A DNA stretch of 64,000 nucleotides from Antedon mediterranea (taxonomy: Eukaryota; Animalia; Echinodermata): NCBI RefSeq assembly GCF_964355755.1, contig NC_092679.1:17963432-18027431 (forward strand). The letters run 5' to 3'. Within the stretch, counting starts at the first letter, position 1. Each line of letters begins with the position of its first letter. Below are positions 54,878 through 64,000 of the stretch, in pieces. The notes under the pieces are model-generated. The model saw nothing but the letters and a program-made list of their open reading frames with translations, was not told where the DNA came from and did no database searches. Both the position numbers and the translations under genes were made by a program.

Positions 54878-57800
54878 TCACTTCAGAGCCGCATCAATTG
54901 CATCAGTGATCTTCTTTAACTTGGCGGCGCTGTCAATGTAACCATCTCCATTCTGTAACAATGAAAATTAATTAACAACTCATCAAGTGTTTTGGAATTA
55001 AGCTTCCAGGATTTTTAGATTTTTAATTACAAACCTAAAAATAACTTGGCCATCAATCAAAATAGGCTCTGATGTAGACTTAACACTAACAGTCATTTTA
55101 GATTCATCTCATTTACAATTCATAAATGTCCATATTCCAAAAACTACAAATAGACATTGGCCTAATCAACAAAAATAACAAACAAGCTTAGAAGCACTGT
55201 GAAATAAGCGCTATATAAAATATTATATTCAACAAAAATAGCAGACAAAAGGCAATCCCTCATGAAGACAAAATGGGGCTTGTTACACAACATAGAGAAA
55301 AGTCAAAACATTAAAGAAAAACTTTAATAGTGTAGACAGAGCTTTAGACAGCTACGCAGTAATGCATCATTAATTCTAAACAAATTATTTTCAATATGAA
55401 TATTTTGCTTACTTAACGTAACCTTGAGTATAATCTAGTGCTTTAAAGCTCAGGTACAAGCATGAATTTTAAATATAATATCTCGTTACTTGTACATAAA
55501 TCAAATATTTGTAACAGAAATCAAGACAAAAAAACATGAATTTTCCTTAATATGGTCAAAATACAAAATTTGGCAAAATTCTGCCATAAAAACCAGGAAG
55601 ACCTTTTTTCAGTAGTTAGGTAGTTAACCTAATGGAACAACATGTCTGGTGACTCCCTAGAAGGTGAAAAAAGATGGTGGATATATAGTGGATAATTTCT
55701 GCTATAGCATGAAAATAAAATTATGAAGTTGAATAAAAATACCAGAAATGTAAATTTCAGGTTTTATTACCTATATTTAGTCATCTGATAACATTTTTTA
55801 CCACACCGTTCAGTTTTCATAGCTTTTTAAAATGCCTCTATTTACAAAATTTGTGTACAAAAGAATAGAGATTTTACTGTGTAATTTGAACTATCCCCCC
55901 ACTGATAAGAAAGTGCTTATTTTCAACAAGCTTGTGTAACACAAATAAAATCCCAAAAATTATGAAACATAGGGGAAACTATAGATCGATAATTATTGGA
56001 ATGTATGATCAATAGAAATTTTTTGCCCGCACCTGGCCTTTAAAGACCCCTTCCCTGCAATTGGACGTTTTTTTGGAAAATAATACATATATATCACTTT
56101 AAAAACATTAAACCATGTCATTCCTTGTCTTAAATGTACGTTTTATGGTAAATTATGATAAAAAGTGAGAAACAATGCACTACCTAAGTAGCTCGCGGCG
56201 ATCGACCTCTCGTGGACGGTCTTAGGCCTAGCCTAGCTAGGCTTAGTTTTGTAGGCCTAGCTGGTAAACATCGGTAACGTACAAACATCATACGCTAGCT
56301 ATATACCTAGCCTGACGTTGTATAGTTGCTGCATTAATTGTCTTTCTATTTTTGCCAGACTCTGTTGATACAAATTGGGGAAAACCCGGTATTTTCGCTG
56401 AAAAGTTAGGAGTCTTCCATTTGTTTTGTCCTCACGATCAATCGAAAAGTGGGCGAATTACAGGTGAAAAACAAAAATATCAATCCGCGCGCAATGCATT
56501 TTGGGATTTATAGCGGGCCGCTATAATTATTAGAATCGACTTATTTCTCACATTTTTAACCGTTTAAAGACGAAAAAAGTTATCGCAATAGGACCATATA
56601 GTATTATTTTTACATTAAATATAGTTTGTGATCTTAAATTAGATCTAAAAAACGTAGGGAAGGGGGCTTTAAATAAACTTTTATTGATGAATGACTTTGT
56701 ACAAATACTTTTTGAATCCTTTATAATTTTGTTTACAACCATACATATCTAAAACCAATTGAACATTTTTAATTTGAGTTACCAATATATTCTTTGGTAA
56801 GAGGTAGAAAATGATTGATCTTTATTTCAAGGAGTATATTAAAAATAATCAAATCTCATAATTTCTAGACAGTAAACACCATTCATTATTAAAAGCGCTA
56901 CTTCACACAAGGCAATCTAACAGGACACTGAGCTCGCCTTGCCAAGATAGAAATTCGTAACAGTCCCTTGATCTTAGGTCTGGCTGCGACAAATACCAAC
57001 AGCACTGTACTACAGTATGTACATATTCTAAGGCCCGTATGTGGAAGTGATCATGTTGCACCCACAGGTAAACCCTTTGATCTCTGGAGTTCAGTATCCT
57101 GTTGTTGGTAAGTTGGCTTATATTAAGTTAACTTTAATTCTATGAGACACATAACATGTATTCCAATATATATACAAATCAGTTTTTTTTTCATGCTTAC
57201 CTTTTTGGAATGGACAAGTTTATCGTTGACATACACCTCCAAGTACCCGGTGATACCTGGTGTGCTTTCACCTTCCTAAAATAAGACAGGGTTCAATTAA
57301 TATCAAAGTTAATTAATTACATAATCATAGCCTTTTTACTTTATCATGCGAGAAAAATACATTTATTATTTTTTTAAACAAAGACATTTATTTAATTTTT
57401 TTTTTCAAATATTAAGACCACAATGGGCTCAGTTTACAGATTAGTCCATTAAAGGGATATTTTTTTAATCTTAGCTCTAAATCAGGAGAGCAAGGGCTAT
57501 TATCAGTTTATCTATTGTAGGTACGTTGAGTACAAAATAAATCTTGAATTGTTATGTTTATTTTCATATTCTATAGTACTTACCATAGCAACTTCATCGC
57601 CATAATCGTCCTCAAGCTCATTACGAAGCTTGTGGTACTAAGAAAATAGAATTATAGTTTTAAGTACTAATGTCGAGCATTTAAGACAGAGGTTTTATCA
57701 AAATAATGACCAGCTTGTTTGATATTTTATCACTGCTTTGTATCATTTTTATCTGTATTTTTATGTTATTTTCATTGTAGATATTGTCATATTTGGAGAT

Positions 57801-59073
57801 TAATTAGTCATAAATTCACTTTCCAAAAAGACTTATTCCTAGTTACTGTATCTTATCTGTCACTTCTTCTTAACTAAGCCTTTGGCACCCACACAAAATT
57901 GCTGTAGTACAGGTACTATATGGATGTTTAGCTTTTGGAATGTTGGCTAGTACTTACCTTGGAACCGTACCCTCACCCACCACTGAAAAAAAAAAAAATA
58001 TTAATTTTCAATTTTGTATACTTTTATACTTTTGCTGCAGAGTGAAGTCAACAAAAAATGTTTAAAGTGACCGCCAGTTCCTCTCTCTACATACCAGTAT
58101 CCGTCTCCAGTACATCAATGTTTGCGAGAGCTGGCCTTCCTTGTTTTGCAAATCCATGTTTTGGAGAGAGGAACTGGCTGTCACAATGGCAGATAGTAAT
58201 ATAAATTTGGATATGTCCAGGACTAAGTAAGTAACTAAAGTAATATATTGATTTATTATTATCACATGCTATTATATTCTGCTTTAAATAAGTGAAGATT
58301 AAAAATAAGGAAATTAATAGAAAATGCAATGACAATAATGTACAATGTCTCTGTCTGAATCTAATCAGTTACACTGTCTACAGTACAGACCCATTGTAAA
58401 GACATGCATGTTAAAATTGTAAGTCAATAATCTGCTTATTTATATAACCCTGTGCTGTGTTATTGATCAAACTTACAAGGTCTCTTCACAACAGACCCTA
58501 CCTGTCCTTACAAAACTACTGTTATACCAGCAGGAGAAATAGTGACAAAATGAAAAACAATGGGTATTCAAAACAACATACTACTAAAGTATTCATACTA
58601 TACTATATAGCCTAGTAGGTATAGTCTATAGGCCTAGTATTACTAGCCTAGGCTTAGACTAAATACTTTTAACTTTTTTTAGTCAATAACATTCAACATT
58701 AGCCTTATTTATTAAGATGAACAATAATAGAATAGGCCTAGGCCTAGTGACAGAATAAGTGATACATGTTAATGATGATTAAAATCATCTTCCCAGCTAC
58801 TTGGACTAGGCCATGGCATGGCATGACTAGTTACTCCCATGATGACTAGGTAGGCTAAACAACCTCGGCTGGGCCTTGGTATTACTAGCCTATATTAGTA
58901 TTATTAAGCTAGCCTATTAAGCAGAGCATGCAATGCCTCTCCCCCCAAAAAAACAAAAGCATAGTTTTATGGCATAGAAGCTAGCTTAGTAAATCAAGCA
59001 ATTACGGAATATAAAAGAAGCGCCAAAGTAAGTTATAGTCTCACCAGTATATCACTTTAACTACAACAGGCAT
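54878..59073 (-). CDS. SELENOW: Selenoprotein W, copy A (85 aa; Sec TGA at 57975-57973; TGA stop)
   Basis: Exons 59073-59045, 57982-57958, 57637-57584, 57275-57201, 54952-54878, all GT-AG. Protein MPVVVKVIYCGGUGYGSKYHKLRNELEDDYGDEVAMEGESTPGITGYLEVYVNDKLVHSKKNGDGYIDSAAKLKKITDAIDAALK. Has CxxU and the G-x-(F/L)EV...HSKK.GDG motifs of the Rdx/SelW family, with a SECIS downstream. Confidence 0.96.
55447..56039. mobile_element. Older Kolobok-like element in SELENOW-A intron 4
   Basis: TTAA|AGCTCAGGTAC...GCACCTGGCCT|TTAA; imperfect TIRs. Confidence 0.55.
56044..56668. mobile_element. Kolobok-like element in SELENOW-A intron 4
   Basis: TTAA|AGACCCCTTCCCTGC...GTAGGGAAGGGGGCT|TTAA. Confidence 0.8.
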
Positions 59074-59320
59074 GATGGTGATTTTAAGCTGAAATTAGGT
59101 ATGTGCTGTAAGACGTCCAAATACCTGCCCTGGGGGATTGTTGAATGATGGTGTTTTTATTTACGAAAAACGTCGTGGTGTGTGTGCATTGGACTGTGAA
59201 GAAATCTATGAATTAATAGAGGGCGGTGATTAACAAAGAGAAAGACGCGGATGTAAAAATGGTCATAATTCAATTCTTCTATATTTTTGTTTTCCGCTTA
59301 CCGTTACCGCCCATCTGTGT

Positions 59321-59455
59321 AAATAAATTGGCCTTTAGACCTACTGCCTCAAAATTAAAAACTACGATTTTGTGTTTACATCAAATATTTAAATAAATTG
59401 GCCTTTAGACCTACTGCCTCAAAATAAAAAACTACGATTCGATCAAATATTTAAC
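59321..59455. repeat. 70-bp tandem duplication upstream of SELENOW-A
   Basis: AAATAAATTGGCCTTTAGACCTACTGCCTCAAAAT.AAAAACTACGATT at 59321 and 59391. Confidence 0.9.
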
Positions 59456-59824
59456 ATTTATTTCATATTCTCAGGCTTTTTAATAATCCGTAATACTGTA
59501 CTATGGCATGACGCTTATATTTATAACGATGACCTAAAAGATGATGCTGACATGATACAGCAATATGGATCTCTGAGTATAAAAGCAAATTCTATTGCTA
59601 GGAAGTTTAAATGCATGTTTAAATATGTATTGTGAAGTACCAACGCAGAGTCAACCACTCCAATATCCTGGTTATGTGCATTCTGATGCAAACTGGGGAT
59701 ATTTACTCTGAGAGATTTAATGTACACGTATTACCAGTTTTTGTGGTCCATGACCTTTGGTTTTATTATTGTTTTATTATGTTATTACAGTATGTATATT
59801 AGTTAAGAGCTTTGTATGTAATAC

Positions 59825-59852
59825 CGTGGAGGTATTTATTTTTTCCTCCATG
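59825..59852. mobile_element. 28-bp palindromic insertion with 7-bp TSD (putative P-element footprint)
   Basis: GTAATAC-CGTGGAGGTATTTATTTTTTCCTCCATG-GTAATAC. Relatives at 23916-23935 and 44639-44666. Confidence 0.7.
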
Positions 59853-59937
59853 GTAATACTGTGTATATACATTTAATTATGAAATAAAGAACAATGAATG
59901 AATGAAGCTAATGGCGATGACCTAATTCAACCAAACT

Positions 59938-60006
59938 GACTCGTCTCATCAGGATGTGACCTAGTCTTGTGAACTTTTGAATCACGTCTATCATACAGAG
60001 AAAGTC
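59938..60006 (-). promoter_or_regulatory. Type II SECIS element of SELENOW copy B (exon 6 starts 60033; 3' UTR intron 60190-60034)
   Basis: Identical in sequence to the copy A SECIS. Confidence 0.93.
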
Positions 60007-60220
60007 TGATTACATTCCATCTTGGCTGTTTAACTGAAAATAAACAAAATATATACTGTAATGCAACATTCATAAAAACTTTGTGCTGTAAAGGCTTTCA
60101 AATTATGCACATATATAAATTAATTCAAATAAAAAATACACAATTTTGTATATTACTACAGAACTATTATCAATGTAAAAATTAACAAACCTTCATGTTT
60201 CTGATACAGACATTGAGGGC

Positions 60221-62240
60221 TTACTTCAGAGCCGCATCAATTGCATCAGTGATCTTCTTTAACTTGGCGGCGCTGTCAATGTAACCATCTCCATTCTGCA
60301 ACAAAATTAATGATTAACAACTCATCCAGGACATATTTTTAATTACATCAGGGCTTATATTAAGAACTTCAATTGTATGATACACTTAACATTTCTTCCT
60401 GTCTAAAACAGGGTATATTTTTTCCATGTTTACCTTTTTGGAATGGATCAGTTTACCGTTGACGGACACCTCCAAGTACCCGGTGATACCTGGTAGGCTT
60501 TCACCTTCCTAAAATAAGATAGAAGTTAAATAATAACAAAATAAACTCAAGGTAATTTAATGGCCTTTTTCACTGAACGATGTGATCTGGTATTGTCATC
60601 TTTAACATTGGATCAATATAGCATTTTTGTTATATTCATTAGGTTTTTTTTGTAATAAGAATGGAATTGATGGATTCATTTATTTAATCATTTAATTCAA
60701 ACATCAGATTGTAAGCATGTGTGTATGCATGCCCGGTGTATAAGTAAATTTCCTTACTTGTCCCTACTTCTAACAAACAACAAACAAAATAATACATTAC
60801 AGGCATGAATTGAGGCAGTCTTTGGTGGATTAGTCCATTATGGTAAAGGGGCATTCAATTTTTGTTTAGTTCTAAATCAGGGAGCAAGGGCTACTATAGG
60901 TTTATCCAGGTAAGCCAGGCACATGAATGATTGTATTTCTGCACCTTATAGTACAGTACTTACCATAGTAACCTCATCTCCATATTGGTCCTCAAGCTCA
61001 CAGCGAAGCTTTTGGTACTAACAAGAAAATAGAATAGCTTTTAGTACCGACTGATATAGAAAGCTTGAAGGCTAAGGCTGTTAATGCTGGATTTTATCAA
61101 GTTTAAGTTAATGCCAAGATGTTTCTTAAAAATACATTACTAGGTCTAGTGTAATTGTATAGTTTTTACCTAAATTTTAATTCTCTGTCATAAATTTACT
61201 TTTTCTAAGAGCTATTTCCTAGTACCTGTTATTGTTAATGGTCTGTCACTTTTTCTAACACGCTTCATCACCCACACACAAATTTGTTGTAGATAGCTTC
61301 AGGTACTGTACATGGATGTTTAGTTTTTTATGCTTGTCAAGTTTATACTTACCCTAGGACCGTACCCTCACCCACCACTGAAAAAAACAAGAAAAAACAC
61401 ATTAATGAGTTAATTTTTGTAAGGAATTACATGTACATCTGAAATTATAATTGAATGGATTGGAAAATGTCTTGAAAAGTATCCAGTCAAGCTGATTAAT
61501 ACATCATCTCTGATTTAATTAAATGCACTGTCTCAGTAGGTCTACTACTACTAACTCAAACTGTCTTGCAAGTCATTCAATTTCCTGTTTGTTTAAACTC
61601 GTCACTTGAATACAAATCCTCTCAACCTGTAAGCTAACAAACACACTATAATAATTACTATATAGTTATAAAAACAACTACCAAAGTAAGAGATGAAAAA
61701 TAAATGAATACTACAAATAGAAATGTGTTATAATAATACAATCATTGTGTATATGCATGTGGCAGGTTGGTTTATTCGAGGAAATAAATAAAGGCCCCGG
61801 AGGCGTTTATTCAAGGAAATAGAGGCCCCGTTTATTTGAGGTAGGCATTTATTCAAAGCAGTCGTTTATTCAAATAAAATACGCCACAGTATCCACTCTA
61901 TCTATCTACTAAAACTAGTTTACCAATAATTTCTGCACCAACTTATCTAGGCTACTACTATTGATTTAATCTCATTTCATTCATGTCCCAACACAATTAA
62001 AAAAGAAAGGTCCTTGTTCTGAAAATGGATGCTCCTCCTCCTATCTTAACATCTATTCCAAAATGTAAATATGGATGGCTCAAGCTATGCATGACCAGCC
62101 TAGGCCTAGCTAGCCCTAGCTAGAGTATAACTATTACTATTACTATTAGTAAATAGTTTAGGTACTTCACTGTAGGTATAGCCTAGATAGTAAAATACAG
62201 TATATTCTTACCAGTACAACACTTTAACTGCGATTGGCAT
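60221..62240 (-). CDS. SELENOW: Selenoprotein W, copy B (85 aa; Sec TGA at 61370-61368; TAA stop)
   Basis: Exons 62240-62212, 61377-61353, 61017-60964, 60508-60434, 60295-60221. Protein MPIAVKVLYCGGUGYGPRYQKLRCELEDQYGDEVTMEGESLPGITGYLEVSVNGKLIHSKKNGDGYIDSAAKLKKITDAIDAALK. Confidence 0.96.
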
Positions 62241-64000
62241 GGTTATTTTGAGACAGTTCTATTTGAAGGTGCTGTAATGTGTATTGTTGCTGCAAACGTC
62301 CGCTTGGCTGGGCCAAGCATACATAAATAAATAAACGTTAAAATCAAAAACGTGGTGTGTGCAATGGACCGTGAAAACTATGAAATTATTATAGGGGGCG
62401 CCTCGGTCGTAAGGTAAAAAAACCGCGCGAAACAGGCAAACAGTTCGTTCAGGCCAATTCAGTAAATATGTGTACATAATATGTATATTAATAGGGTCTC
62501 AAAGATTCATTCTTGCGAATTCAATAATAGATTTTGTACAATAATAAATAGGTTTTTTTCCAGCCAGGCTAACTGGAGCCTACCATACCACCAGCAGTGT
62601 AGTAGTACCATCAAGATGAAGTAATCTTTTTGGCAGTGTTTTATAATACAGATCAGGAGAAGAAGCAGATAATCCAGTTAGGCCTACTAGGGCTACTGGT
62701 AATAATAATGGTATTTATTACTTTATTAGATTTTAAATGTTACTGCAATAATTATTGGTAATGGAGTATCATCGGGAGTATCATACATTCTCTTAGTCTA
62801 TTCAGAAGTCATTATAACAAACTAATCCTCTTTACAGTATTTAAGTCCTAAAACTGGCCTGTATTCTTTATATTCTTTACATATTTTATTCTCTGTTGTG
62901 TATATTATGTATTGTACTGCCCTCTGTTGTTGCAAAAACTGCTTTTATATTTTCAGAAAAAAAAAGAAATTATATTAATAATGACTGGCAAAAAATGCAA
63001 CATCAGGATCCTTGTAAATAATGGTTGTTTCGCTGAATATTAATTTATTAGGACTTAATAAATCAAATTAGACGTTCCTAAAAATTAACGTGTTAGTTGA
63101 CAACCCATAAAACCAGTTCAACAAGTTATTATTAATAAACGATAAAAGAATCGTTGCTTTTCAGAACTTTGGTATAGCTTCCATTGAGACTAAAGCACTA
63201 GATAAAACATGTCAAATTGATTTAGTGCTCGAAAACTGAGCAAAAAACACATTTTCCTGAAAATAATAGATGTGGTCTGTTATAAAATGAAATAATAAAA
63301 AAAACATTGAGGAAGAGATATCTTGAAAATTGTGGATGTTATTATGTGCAAACAAAAACATACATATTTTTATTTGTTTTTGTCATTTTTAAATTCGTTA
63401 TGTACAAAGAAAATAAAAGAAATTGTCCTTGTCATACAAACATTTTTTCAAGTGTGAACTATTTATATAGTGAATGCTCCAACACTGAGGAGTATATTAT
63501 GACAATAAAAGAGCTTAATATAGTAGATTTAGAGAAAGACTGGCGATACCATACAATTGTATCATGTTATGAAATGTACAAACATGTTTTTCCGATTGAG
63601 ACTAGAAATAGAACAAGAAAAGATACAGAGGAAGTTAAAAAAGAAATACAGTAGAACCACCCCTATAAGGGGATAACTCGTTAAAAAGTAGGCCTTGCCT
63701 TAATAGGGTTGTCTATGGATAGTGGGTTGCTGCTGGTTAATAGTTATATTCCTCTTGTGTGTTTTCCAATTCTACTGTATAAATAAACAAAATCACAAAA
63801 TCGTTTGAGCACAAATTGTTTGGATAACTGTGCCTTATGATATGATTGTTTATGATAAGTTATTCAAGAACCAATGCACAAAACATTTAATTGTTTTTTA
63901 CAGACACTCTCCTGCAACTGTGATAAAAATAATTATTGGTGGTTTGAATGTGCTCCTGTCTTACGATCTTCCCAAGATCTAAGTAAGAGGTCTTATTACA

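Noticed and set aside
57430-57940. Intronic blocks shared by the two SELENOW copies (possible snoRNA)
   Set aside because: Patchy similarity with indels and no clear C/D or H/ACA boxes; part matches a dispersed repeat (~37600). Consistent with neutral residual homology.

Overview
AT-rich, intron-rich eukaryotic genomic DNA from an animal, probably a marine invertebrate deuterostome (inferred from gene structures and repeat types, not proven). Most ORFs in the supplied track are noise. Splicing by hand gives four protein-coding genes. (1) The 5' half of a minus-strand RasGRP-type Ras guanine exchange factor (REM + CDC25 domains, 407 codons in the window, continuing off the left edge). It contains a U12-type AT-AC intron and needs a 2-nt micro-exon (AG at 3246-3247) to keep its reading frame. 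(2) A plus-strand GH1 (lactase/Klotho-like) protein of 533 aa with a signal peptide and hydrophobic C-terminus, which has lost both catalytic glutamates. (3, 4) Two tandem minus-strand selenoprotein W genes (CGGU motif, in-frame TGA, type II SECIS in a separate 3' UTR exon) whose 3' halves are almost identical. One copy ends in TGA followed by a 51-codon open frame. Introns and intergenic DNA hold many non-autonomous DNA transposons (Harbinger-, hAT-, pogo/Tigger-, Kolobok- and ISL2EU-like), transposon-derived minisatellites, a tRNA-headed SINE carrying a Penelope-type minimal hammerhead ribozyme, and 20-28 bp palindromes with 7-bp target duplications that resemble P-element excision footprints. 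Coordinates were counted by hand, and family assignments rest on motif recognition rather than database searches.
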